Shown here: piece by piece, positions 24,713 to 39,900 of the stretch | How the letters are laid out: every line of letters begins with the position of its first letter | Numbering within the stretch: the first letter of the stretch is position 1 | Source: Octopus sinensis | Taxonomy: Eukaryota | Reading direction: 5' to 3' | Length of the DNA stretch: 64,000 nucleotides | Assembly: GCF_006345805.1 (NCBI RefSeq) | Contig: NC_043003.1 | Span: 111,476,001 to 111,540,000 of the forward strand | Translations under genes and position numbers: made by a program | Notes under the pieces: model-generated | Database searches by the model: none | What the model saw: only the letters and a program-made list of their open reading frames with translations | What the model was told of the DNA's origin: nothing

Positions 24713-26989
24713 CACTAGTCAACAAAATTAAGTACATTATACTCATTATGAATGCAAGGCAAGACTCATTTTTCATATTGCTTTCAAAGTTGCACTCCAT
24801 TTGTATGCAACACGTATCTGTTTTTCAGTAGAGACATACAAGTATTAAAATATTTGTATATATGAAATAATTAACATGATAATGAAAGATATTTTATTGT
24901 TAGAATGTAAATGAGTTTATTATATTAAAAATCATAACTATCATTCTACAAAAATGAATACACAAAAAATGGGTCAGACAAATCAAAGTTAGAACAACGG
25001 CGTTAGAAACATTGTGGTTTGGATTTCCTGCGGTTGATCTTGTTGAGGACGGTTAAGTCAGCCAGCATGTTATCATTCCAGAAGCCTTCGTAACGTTTCT
25101 CCGTAGCACTAATGCCCCGGTGAAATCTGTCACCATGTTCATCAGACACTGCTCCAAGGTTATCTGCGAAGAAATCCAGATGAGAATCCAAGGAGTAAAC
25201 TTTCAGGGACATGCCTCAACCCATTGCTGAGTAACATTCCAGAAGATTCTTGATGCAATTCCTGCAGTCTATTGCTTTTTTGTTGTCCAGGTAATTCTCA
25301 CAGATCCAATTGAAAGCATTCCAGGCAGGCTTTTCTAATTCATCCAGTGTTGTCTTGAAATTGACATCTTTGAGTACTTCCCTAATTTGGGGTCCAATAA
25401 AGTAACACTCTTTCAACTTCGCCTGTGTGATTTTGGGAAACGTTTCTACAATATACTCAAACCCTCTGGCATTTCTCTCCCCTGTTTCATCAGTCCAAGC
25501 TTTATGTGCAAAGGTGGCAATGAGACATACATGGACCTACAAGAGTTGGTATGATGTTCTTGTCTGCCAGTTTGATTCCGAATAGTATCTATCAGTTGCT
25601 CCACTATCCCATAGACAAGAGAAACAACTGTATTTTGTGATACCTGACTACATCCTCATTAACATTTCAATGAATTTTAAATCTCCACATATTGTCCATG
25701 TGTATCTTCCATAGGCAACTGTATAAGTAACGGTTCCATATGCTCATATGATTCATGAAAATGAACGGGGTGTAAAATAGCAATGGAGAACTTCAAATTA
25801 CCATTAGGGAGAAGTGCATCTTTTAAACTTCATTTTGAAGAGTCAATAAGCAAACGCCACTCTGCAGGATCATGATTTTGTGATACACATTCAAAAAGTC
25901 CATCGATGTTACTGCAAAACTAAAGCGGGCTATTTCTCTGCCGAAAATAAGTTTTACGAACACCGTGCTCTAGCAGACACTTCTCCTTCATTCTTGATGC
26001 CAACCGTTCTGCTTTATCGTTGGAGAGGAATAGGTTTCTGACAAGGTCATTTAGTTGAACTTGGGAAATTTTCTGAGGTTGAAACCTATCGTCATCAGCC
26101 ATGTAATATTCCTCAGCACTACTATCGTGACAGCCAGCATCATAATCTAGTGTTCCAATACCATCGTCTGGTGGAAGTGGAATTTGAACTTGAATTTCCA
26201 TTGTGAGGCACAGAACTCATTGCAGAATCGATATCGGGATACAAAATTATGTGTTTATTCTTCATAGAAAATCTTGTGATATTTATTTTGCAAAAATAAC
26301 AATCATTAAAATGGTCTTTCTGCTTCCTCTACATCATTGGAATTGCAAAAGGCATGAACTTCTTATTATTATCGAACCAGTTACGTAAGCCATTTAAGCA
26401 AGCTGAGCAGATAAAATGTGGTGGCCATAACTTGTCCTGATCTCTAAGAGTACGGTCAAGGTACAGCTTATAAACCTTCTTGAACTCTGGTGTTATTGTA
26501 TGTTATTCACCTTTCACAATAAATTGTCCACAGTCATGACAAACACATGAGGACGATTACTACACCGTCTTGATATTGTTGACTCTTTAAAACAAGTAAA
26601 TAAATAGATACAAACGGTTATAATTATATTGAATTTGAGATGATGAACTATTTCATCTGACCAAATATGACTGGACAATTTAAGATGTTGAAATACATAT
26701 TTCATCAGACAAAACTTGACTGGTTAATTTAAGATGATGAAATATTGCATCTGAACTATGCAGCAATGAATAATGAAGTTTATTTTAAAGGTATGATGTA
26801 AATGAAATACATGCACACATGTCATTAATTGGAATTTATATATAACGCATGAACTATGATCAAAAAACATTCTCATCTTGAAAACTGTACGTGATTTATA
26901 AAGCCAAATTGTATATTTGAAATCAGCATTAAAATTTACACTAAGTACCCCTTGACATATGCTCCGTGAAAAATACTTGTTGACCAGTG
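24713..26989 (-). mobile_element. full-length decayed Chapaev3-type (CMC superfamily) DNA transposon
   Basis: TIRs CACTAGTCAACAA / CACTGGTCAACAA, 3-bp TSD TAA at 24710-12 and 26990-92; transposase motifs DQDKLWPPHFIC, MPFAIPM..KDHFNDCYFC, GPQIREVL, MSLKV..LDSHLDFFADNLGAVSDEHG.RFH; multiple frameshifts. Confidence 0.85.
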
Positions 26990-27741
26990 TAATTGTAGTA
27001 GTACCCCATTTAGTGAATGAAAATATTCCAAACAAATCAAGATACAAACAGGGCAGAGATCATTAAACTAAGATCTGGAATATAACATGTAAAGCGTATA
27101 GTATTAAATCACACGCACCAACAAATCTAATTTCATCGAAATTTGAATTTTAATTTCAGAAAAGAAAACAAGAAATAAGTATTATTCATTAAAAAAGGAT
27201 GATAATTTCAAAATGTTAACATTTGTCAAAATTATAAATTTACATACTTGGGTAGCAGAAGTTTACATACAACTTCCAGTGATAGTGGACCATGTCAGCA
27301 AATTAGGGAACAGCTAAAGCATGAAAAGTAGGGCACACCTGAAGCAGTCAACAAAAGTGTTGTATATACAAAATATTTTTCTCAAGCAGAAAAAAATAAA
27401 AATAAAACAAGAAAAGGACATCTATGCAGTAACTCTTCGTACTAGATTTATCAGCTAATCACCCTCCGTTGAAATTACATTGGCTTTTAAAAGGTCAAGG
27501 GACACATTTGATAATGCCATGGATAGATAGAAAGCATGGTAACTCATGAGTTCCCCCTTCCAGAAAAAATTAATATTTTTCAATTAAATTTTCTACAAAT
27601 ATTCCTCAGACACTGTGGATTTCGATTACCTCAGAATTTGTTGTGAAAATAATTTTTCCGTGAGCAGGGAGAGCGGTTTTGGAAAATTAACAAGCGACCG
27701 ATTTTTTTCCTCATAACTTCCAGAAAATTAAGTATATTTTA

Positions 27742-29340
27742 ATGAAATTTCTTATACCTACCTTATGTTTGTGTACGAGTGTATCGGAACTTAATAAGAA
27801 AAACAAATTTGATGAAGCCATTAAGTTATACAATGACACACATATATATCTACAACTTGAAATTTTAAATTTGGGAAAAAATATCGGCGTGTGTGTCAGT
27901 ATGTGTGTCTTTTCACTGATTCTCTTTTGCATATTAAATAACGATAGAATCGTAATCCATTTTCCTAGACTTTATGAGTCAACAAAGAGGGGTGTCACAC
28001 ATATTGGGTATGCCAGATAGATTACTCTGAAAAATGGGCGTAATTATACTTAGTGGGATCAGAGTGTCGCTTTGCAAACATGGGGTAATGTTCGATTCCG
28101 CTAAACGGAATTTCGGAACGATGATTCTTTATCATAGCCTTGAATCGATCCAAGACTTGCAGCGATATTTGGTTCATGGAAACCGTTTTGAAATCAATCG
28201 GATGAATTTCACATGTAATTGTAATATCAAGCCTTATTGTATATTGTTTCAAGCTGATTCCAGTAGAGAATTCTTTTAAGGCCGTATATGACTGTGGAGT
28301 ACTTAGATCTGAAACCGACAGAGCGATCATCTCGCGAAAAATAGGTTTGTAATGATGTTTGAACATACTTATTGCTGCAAATTTAGGACTCAACAGCATA
28401 CAATGAAAGTAATGTTATTACTAGATATTTTCATGTTTAGTATAGCTTCCATCCTTGATTCATTTTCCATAGCGACACATCAAACACGTTTTGTCACTGT
28501 TCCAGTTGTATAGAGTAAGTTGTTATATCTGACGGTGAATGATATCTGTGAATGGCTCTTCCATTTGATTTGAATTTCTATAGAGAACTAACTTCATTCA
28601 CCCTCAGCCAGCATCAGTATGTCTTCATGATACTGAATTTTACTGGTCTGACATTATCATGCAAACGCGGAATAAATATTTAATAGTACACTAAGGATTG
28701 TATAGTGAAAAGCAGTTTTAACCTAATCATAAGGCCTTCAGTCTTTTGCCGAGCTTATCTTTCAGAGTTGTAGTTTATTTACCAGAATTTGCTTTTGTGT
28801 ATGTGTGTGATTCTGGGCATTTAGTTTGAGAAGCTTCTTCCAAATGCCTCTTAGATTTGCAAATGTTTTCTCGGAGGATTTGTTAAAATATTAGTTTTAG
28901 AAACATATACACAACGCTAAATTTCTCTTATGTATTTAATTCGTGTATTGGGTTTACATTAGCGTCTCCTCATCTTCTGGTTCTGACATATGTTTACGCT
29001 ATGCTCAAATACCCTGTGTTTAAATTAACAGTACTAAGATAAAGTTGATTACGGAAAGATCGATCATCTTGATGCGTTCTTCTTCAAACATAGACAGGTT
29101 GTAGTGTTTGCTCAATAATTTAAATGATTACTTATACTTGAGCGTGTTCCCTCTCGTGATTACTTTTTGTTATAATTATTAGCAAAACCAATCATCTCTA
29201 GTCGAGTCACTTCGTTTCCATGTATACAATTTTACACAGTTATTTGCCATGTATTTTAATCATAATCACAATAATTTTACATGATTTCGTGAACGGGAAT
29301 GGATTTCTACCATATTTAATTTTATTTTGACATGAGATAT
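27742..29340 (+). pseudogene. candidate decayed, intronless Toll-like-receptor-like gene (LRR-TM-TIR)
   Basis: In order: hydrophobic start MKFLIPTLCLC, LRR motif LEILNLGKN (27856-82), LRRCT-like FTCNCNIKP (about 28210), TM-like CIGFTLASPHLLVLTYVYA (about 28945), and TIR-like LDAFFF...SRDY...IISSRVT in one frame from 29041; many stops and frameshifts. Confidence 0.4.
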
Positions 29341-30797
29341 TTTCACTAATATCTTTTATATTATATTTCTTTAAATTGTTTATTTAAAAACTCTTTAAAA
29401 CATCACTTCCATTTATATACGATTTACCTGTCGTAATATATATTTCCACAATTTATTATGTGTTCTACATTGTTATATTTTATTTAAATATCTTAAACTT
29501 CTATTATATTTTATAATTTTAGATATCTAAATGTATATAGTAATATATGTTCTAATTTTTAATAGAGTTTTGTTTATTAGATAATCATTGGTATTATAAA
29601 TTGCTATGAATTATTACTAAATATATTAAATATACTAAATGCCTATCGATTTTTTAGAATATACATACATATATATGTGTGTATAAATACATACACATGC
29701 ATATACATATCAATACACATATATACAAACAAACATACATATGTACATGTGTATATATACATATACATATATGTATATACCTATGCATACATACCTACAC
29801 ACATACACACACACACACTCACACACATATCTTTGGAATAAATGTAAAATACAATACAGCTTTAGCTACTGTCAATAAAGAAACTTATTCTACGTGATTT
29901 TGTCCGGTAAACATTTTCAAAATACTAACAATTAAAATGTCACCTACTCATTATCTCGTATATCATTGGTGTTAATTGGTTATTATTATCATCTCAAATT
30001 GATACATTACTGAAAAAATTGGTGAAGAAAGACATTTTTATCCTATTTCATTATTTTCTCTTTTGTAGGGGATAGGATATCTGCCAAATCTGCTTTTACA
30101 GTTTTTATATAATTTTACCCTTATATATTCTGTATTTTATTTCTTAGATGCTTTTCCATTTCATTTAACTAGGAACTAATGCGAAAACCTGGGGTATAAG
30201 CTCAGTTTGCAAATATCTAACAAAACGAGAAGTTCCACAGTCATATCCAACAAAAAGAAATAAATGAAAACTCAATGAATTAACTGTAATACACGACGAA
30301 AACTTAATATTAATGTTAGTAAAGAATTTAAAATAGAATAAGAAGTGGTTCACTATGATTTTGGAAACAAAAATACGTTACCTGGCCAATACGCGATGAA
30401 TAGGAAAAAGCGGAAGAGTTTAATTTCATGATTTATTCTACACATAAACTTAGATTTCTGTTGTACTTGTAATCGTTGTATTGTGCCAAATATTCTATTT
30501 TTCTAACAATCTTGCCTCGACCACTCCATAGAGTATTTTAATTTTCCAGTTGCTGTGGAATTGATATATTCCCTTACTACTTATTTATTGGAGGGAGATA
30601 TTTTGATCAGGAATGTAAATATTACGGAGATGTATTTGCATAGCAAGTGACCTGATCTGAGATCGTTTGCTGGAACGAAAAGAATTACAGTGTTGAAGGT
30701 GTTTATAAGCCATTTAAGAAACACACAAAATCCGTTAGATTCACTTCAACATTTAAATTTAATTTGTCAAAATATTCACTTTAACATTTATATTTAA

Positions 30798-30848
30798 TTT
30801 GTCAAAATATTTTCGTCGCTTTGAGACCGCGACCTCTTCACTGACAAA
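30798..30848 (-). ncRNA. type-I hammerhead-like motif, C3G core variant
   Basis: TTTGTCA-GTGAAGA-G-GTCGC GGTCTCAAA GCGAC-GAAA-ATATTT-TGACAAA; 7-bp stem I, 5-bp stem II, palindromic AATATT stem III. Confidence 0.55.
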
Positions 30849-30979
30849 ATCCCGTGCTGCATCTCATTTTTCATGTTTCTATAAAGAATAATTCTTAGAT
30901 CTTTAAGGAAAGTCATTTGACTTTGGTGTTTTTAAATTTCCCCCAAGTACTATTTCTTTACTATTTATCTTTCATGTTA

Positions 30980-31950
30980 TACGTGCTTCTGTTTCTTGTA
31001 GATTTTAACCACAGACGGAACAATCTTTCCATTTCTGTTTTCTCTGTCTAATAAGTTTCTAATTTCGTGCTTGGATACCTCATCTTTTGATACTGCTATA
31101 ACTACTGCAGAGATTAGCCTGTTCAACCTGCATATATATATATATTTACCTGCATATATTTCTAATGTCATTATCTTAACCTATATCGTGGTTCAATCAT
31201 TTCTATTTTGCAATTCGTATGGATTTACGTTGATCCTCAAAACACAAATATAGTATATTGTCATATTTATGGGTTTGAAATTTAGATTTCTATACTTAGA
31301 TGTAACTCAACATATTCATTTATATCTATATTTACGCTGCTGTAGTTCTTGTATGAATTTCCTCTATTCAGTAGATGAGCTTCGGACCCTTTTTCCCTTT
31401 TACTATTGCTTAAATTTTTTGTCTTTCTGAAAACTTGTTCTGTGTTTAAAGGCTTTATCACCGTGCCTTTGATTTTATATTTTTCGATCTGCGTATATTA
31501 CTGCTACCTTCAAACTATGTTCATAATTTGCCCATGCTTTTTCTATGTTGAATATCATCTCTATTTTTACTCTTGATTTTACCCTAGCTAGATAACAATG
31601 TATTTCTTGACTATATCTACATTTTCCACATGTGGCATAACGCATGCTGTGAATGTCTGATTCCCGCATAAAATATGCATACTTTATAAATAAATATTAT
31701 TCCAGAATTCATTTATCCATTTCAGTTTATTAGCACGGCTACATATATGACGCGGATGACACATCTCTAGTGTCAACTTACCAACATATGCATCAACCTT
31801 CATAAAGATGCCAATAGCCTTGTCGACAACAATAGCAAACACAAATAGTGCAAAAAATATTGAATGTAAGGTTAGGAAAAGCTGATAATCAGAATTTGGA
31901 GAAGTATTTGCATTGGAACTTTAAACCAAGTAAATGAATATCTTACAAGC
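30980..31950 (-). mobile_element. decayed hAT-like transposase remnant
   Basis: Minus-strand TSP, FAIVVDKA (F.IxxDE-like), EIHC, and RLISAVVIAVSKD...LLDR (dimerisation-domain-like) in the expected order. Confidence 0.4.
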
Positions 31951-32367
31951 TATAGGCATGTATGTATATTTATTAAATACAGTTGAAACTTATGTAGGTC
32001 AGATGTATGTGATGCAGAAAACCGTTAAAAAATGAAGTTTTCGGATTTGAATAAAATCTCCATACTCCTCTTCGTTATCAACGTTATTAGACACTCTACG
32101 GAATAGTCGCTGTTCTCAATAGGAACACGGAATTATCTAACGAGTGAAATCTACCAGAATCAGTATCTCTTTCTTAGCTTGAGTACTATATAATTGGCTG
32201 TTGTGGATAGCCGGCATCTAAACCAGTTTGAGAGATAATACGGTATTCGCCAAGATAATCCTTTTTATACTATGTATACACACACACACACATGCATTGC
32301 GAGGATGATCTGGTTCTTGACTGAGAATATAAATCTTCGAATGACCCGTCCTTGAATTGTTTTTGTA

Positions 32368-32409
<42 letters not shown>

Positions 32410-33192
32410 CAGCTCGATTAGCCAACGGGGTGGCGTCATTTGAGGGATAAAACAATGCGAAGCCCTCTGTGACCAGCGATGTGTAGCAACATCTGATAGC
32501 CTGGTCGGTCACTAAGAGAAAAAAAATATATATATATTAAATAATGTATGTATTTATGTATTCAAACATTCCTAGACGATAAGCAGTTCTAGTCACCATT
32601 CCATCCCACTACATTTTTTCTCAACCTATTTTTCTTCCTTGTGGAGCCTCGGTCAAGCAAAGAGCAAACCAGTCGCCTGATTCATACGATGTTCTTAGAT
32701 TCTCACAGCCTTTGCCTTTTCTGCAATAAAGTTTGCGGAAGTTCGAATTTGGCGTTCTATAAAGGACTAATTGTTGGCGAGACCGGTAACACTCTAGGGG
32801 GAATTCTTGGTGTCGCTAAAAATCAACCACATGCTGCATTATGGAGAATATTCGTTTCCGGCTTTATTAACGGCGACATAGTCGATCTGGGACATAATTA
32901 AAAGAAATAAAAGCGTGTGTCCTACTCTGAGCGTGCTCTTGACGGTAGAGAAATGTCAAACCAAGGAGTATATTTTCTCCTAGGGATCAGAGTTATCCAG
33001 CTTATTTGAGTGGTATAGAAGCTGTTGATTTATTGGTAATTCGTTTTTCTTGGCACATCATATTGCTAGCGGTCTTCGGTTACACTTTTTTACATGTTTC
33101 TATAGAAATTCCGAAAAACATTTTGCATCTTGTTATTCTTTTGCCTATCGTCATGGCTTAGTTTCATTGTGGTTAGTATAGATATAATTTTA

Positions 33193-33400
33193 AAGGCAGT
33201 GAGCTTGCGTTAGCACGCCGGGTAAAATGCTTAGTGGCATCCCGTCCGTTTTTACGTTCTGAGTTCAAATTCCGACGTGTTTCACTTTGCCTATCATCCT
33301 CTCGGGGTCGATAAATTTAGTAACATTTGCGTACTGGGGTCGATCTAATCGACTGGCCCCTCCCCTCAAATTTCAGGCCTTGTGCCAATAGTAGAAAGGA
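33193..33400 (+). mobile_element. SINE followed by a (TTA)n tail
   Basis: GGCAGTGAGCTTGCGTTAGCACGCCGGG..AAATGCTTAG...GTTCTGAGTTCAAATTCCG...GGGGTCGATAAA...GGCCTTGTGCC. Confidence 0.8.
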
Positions 33401-35696
<2,296 letters not shown>

Positions 35697-35699
35697 TTG

Positions 35700-35738
<39 letters not shown>

Positions 35739-35749
35739 GTTATTATTAC

Positions 35750-35806
<57 letters not shown>

Positions 35807-35809
35807 TAC

Positions 35810-35856
<47 letters not shown>

Positions 35857-35943
35857 TATTATTATTATTATTATTATTATATTACTATAATTTTTTATTA
35901 TTACTATTATATTACTATTAATATTATATTATTATTATTATTA

Positions 35944-35981
<38 letters not shown>

Positions 35982-36200
35982 GGGCTGCGAGACGACAGAA
36001 CCGTTAGCACACCAGACAAAAGGTTTAGCGGCCTTTCGTCGATCTTTACGTGCTGGGTTCAAAATCAGCCGAGATCGACGTTGCTTTCCCCACCTTTCGA
36101 GGTCGATTGAATGAGGACCAGGTGAGTAAAGGAATCGATGTAATAGACTCAACCCCAGCTTAAAATCTGCTGACCTTGTGCCAAAATTTGAAACCACTAT
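35982..36200 (+). mobile_element. diverged SINE (family of 33193-33400)
   Basis: GCGAGACGACAGAACCGTTAGCAC...GGTTCAAAATC.GCCGAGATCGAC...CCTTGTGCCAAAATTTGAAACC. Confidence 0.7.
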
Positions 36201-36479
36201 TATTAGTATCATCATCATTTTCTTTCAATTTATTTTCCATTTCTTGCCGAGTGTCTTTCCATTTCTTCGATACATAGGTCAAAAAATCTCGCTGTATATA
36301 TCGGTAAGCTATTACTATAAAAACACACCAGATTGTTCATTTACAATGTTATATAATAGAAAAAAGGGGAAGAGGGGCAGAGATGAAAAGGAATGAAGAA
36401 AAAATGAAAATGAGAATAAAAAAACTAAAGGGGGAGAAGAAAGAAAATTCACTGCGGTAATGCTCTTCTCAATATATGT

Positions 36480-36810
36480 GGCATATCATCCACAAATAAT
36501 CTTCTGTTCTTTTTCGATAATTCCAACAATCACTGGTATTATAATTGTGTTGAGATGCCACGTCGTTTCGATTTCAATGGGAAAATCTTTATATTTTCTA
36601 GGCTTGTTAAATTCTTTTGCCAAGATATTATGATCACAAGGTATGCTAATTTCCCTCAATAAACAGACTTTATTGTTTTGGTCTTTTACAACTCTATCTT
36701 CTTTATTAGCTTTGATGGCTTGGTGTGTGTGTGTACTGGAAAGTCCCAAGGAATCGTTACATTTTCTCCGTTAGTTACAGCCTCAGTGTGGTGCTTGTAC
36801 TATTCGTGAA
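36480..36810 (-). mobile_element. older Dong/R4-type endonuclease fragment abutting another (TAA)n tract
   Basis: IKANKEDRVVKDQNNKVCLLREISIPCDHN...KYKDFPIEIETTWHL..IIPVIVG aligns to the C-terminus of the 33760-35232 ORF. Confidence 0.8.
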
Positions 36811-36849
36811 TCATTATTATCATTATTATTATTATCATTATTATTATTA

Positions 36850-36911
<62 letters not shown>

Positions 36912-39900
36912 GTTATTATTGAGTGAGAGAGCAGTGCAAGCCATCAAAGTGACACTGGGTAAAATATTTGAAGCCCGGTATACCCATCATGACTAACGGT
37001 CTGATAAGGGTACACCTGGTACATGCATCACAACTATATGTGCGCGACATGGTGATATCATATCAAGATAAACAGCACATGACCTTGCAGGTGGGGCCCA
37101 GTTAGAATTTTCGTCAGGTCGAGTAGCCCATCCCGCTCAAAAGGTCTCTGAATAAGGATTCTTTAAGGATGTTGATCGAACCACCCATGTTTCCAGGGGT
37201 GAATTATTCAAACCCCAAAGAATCCCTCTCAATAGATGGCTATGATGCTCCCCCATCCTACTTATTATTATTTTGTTGTTGTTGTTGTTGTTGTCAGCAG
37301 CAGCAGCAGTAGTAGTAGTAGTGAGTGGGTTGTAGTAGTTATTTATATAGGTTTTGCTGCGTACTTTTACAGTATAATCGATCGCATCTTTCATATATGC
37401 TACATTTTATTTTATTTTTGCATTTTATTTGTACTAAAAATAATTTATGAACTATGCACTGCAACACTAATTATTACCATTTTCCCTTCGCTGTTTCTAA
37501 GTGAATGTCTCAAGGTTTTAATTATGCGCTAGTGTGGTTCCGTATTATAATTCCCAAATTGCTAATTTCCGTACTTCACACTTTGGTTATCTTTGATTCA
37601 ACCTCTTGATATTTTGAAGAATTTTCAATTTACTTCATATGTGCGTTATCAGCCTTGGGCACTGATATTTCCATCGGGTATTTTTAACTTCTTTTTCTTA
37701 AAAATCATGCTAGTTGATCTCGTTTACTCCCTACAATTCTTAACAATTATTTCGAACTATGTTTTAAATAAGTAAATAAATAAAGAAAGAAATAATAGGA
37801 CTTCAACTTATGTTAGTGTGATGAGCCAAAAATGCTATTTACTGAAAATTGCATATATAATTCTGGTGAACAAAATCATGGGAGGTAAATCTGGATTTAA
37901 ATGAGTTACAATTTGAATATAATGGTACAGTGCAGAGTTCATAACAAATTTTTGAAGTATAGTGATAGCTTTATTAGTACTTAGTAGACATTTTTCAGGC
38001 CTACAGTCAAATAAGTAAGGACAAATCTGAGCATTACCTGCCAATTAAGAAATTGCTTCTTTTTTCTCTTGTGTTGTACATATTTGTATTAGCTTTCCAA
38101 GATCTTTTTGTAGATATTTTTGTAATTTTACGGTGAATATTTTTAGTGGTTTAGTATCTTTATATCACTGCATCTGTGGTAAACTAATTATTTTTGTGAT
38201 AAATTTCGAGTGACATATTCTAAAATAGATATCAGCTCTGTTCCTGTTTAGTTTTGGTTAATTCAAATAGTGTCACCTTGAGATTGCTAAAAATATAACT
38301 TTCTACAGGAAGAATTTGATTCTTTTTTCGTATCAATTTAATGCAGTTATATTATTCCCGCCTAGATCTTTCACCCTATTCTACTTGTTATATTGTGTTC
38401 TGTTCAATAATTCATATATATACTTTGAAACCTTTTGGGGAAATGTGATTATATCTATTTCACTGTTTTTATTATTTTTTCTCTATTCCTGGTTATATTT
38501 TCGCATTTTTATACGAATTTTATATCTGATCCGAGCAGTAAATAAATGTGTTGTCAGTAGCAGTGGCTCAATTTGCATATTATCTTAAGTGTTGAACACG
38601 AGGTGATCCACACGAAGAATATAGCTCATTGTCAAACCATGGGCATTTTTATTAGTGTTCAATTTGGTTAAGACAGCACATATTCTGATGTTGGATAATA
38701 TATACTATTTAATTGCTAGCTGTTGGTGTTTTTTACTGGTGGGATGCAGTAATTACAAACTTTAAAGATGAATTCAACAACCGCTGTTTGCATTTTAGTG
38801 CTGCAATGTACTCATCCTGACCAGTTGTATTCATTTGCTGAGTCTATAGAGGTTTTCTTACGATCGGCCTAGCATAGAATTCTCTAATCCAAAATTTTGC
38901 TTAGATTTTAAATTTTACACTATTATTTTTCTTTTTTCTTTTCTCAATTGTTTTTATTGTCTTCCACCTGCATTTTATTTTTAATATTATTTTTCAAAAT
39001 ATAGAAACACTTTTTCGTGCATTACAGCTATTTTATTATTGTTTCCTTTGCTCCCTCGCAAGATATATTTGAATCATTTCAGTGGATATTTTATAAGAAT
39101 TTATTTTAGCTGTACAGCACAAACGTCATCACACTATTTGAAGAGATAATTATAATGTCTATCAGACTGAAGCTACTTTCTCTCAAGTTACTGAATCAAT
39201 TTTGCGTCCATTTGAAAGTATTATAATTATGACCTATAATTGGGACGGCAATAGATTCCTCATTGAAATATTCATTGAAAATTTGGCTTATATTAAGTCA
39301 AAATTTTAATGAATATTTTACGTAGAGAGTCACCGACACGTTATATAGAGGATAGCCATAAAAAATGTGTATGCAGGATCTTTTCTTTCGGCTTTCATAC
39401 ATTTACTGTAATATTTGTGGGGTTTTAAGTAAAAATCAGGTAAACACAACTCGTAATTCTGATAGGCGTGATTTTCATTAAGCACATCCTTAGATGTTTT
39501 TGCCGATACCGAGTTTTGAGCACTTTTGAACATCGACATAAATGTAAGCAATCTTCTATTAACCGAAAGATAACTCTTGCACTGGTATTATTTCTTTTTA
39601 CGAGGATCACATATTGAAATGACTGGTCAACAAGTGTACGTATCAAGTTCTTTTGCGCTGGTAGTTATTGCTTTCTCATGGAAATCAATGGATCTACAAA
39701 GTTGCTCTGGGATGTCAGCACTCTTCTGTAGGCTACGGTTTTGTTAGCAAATTTCTCAGGGTACAGGGTACGTTAATCATAAAAGTCAAATAACAAACAA
39801 TTATGAATTATACGTGGAACCATAAAGGTGTTCATGGCTCAGATATGTATTTGCTTCTGAGCAAAAGTCTTATTGATTTTAACTATTGAAAATATAAATT

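Noticed and set aside
28022-28399. 125-aa minus-strand ORF as a real gene
   Set aside because: No recognisable motif; the opposite strand better explains the region as LRR-like decay.
32640-32960. SQIDYV minus-strand LINE endonuclease trace; also a BEL-like VGDIAIV at about 10730
   Set aside because: Only one motif each; too weak to call without a search.
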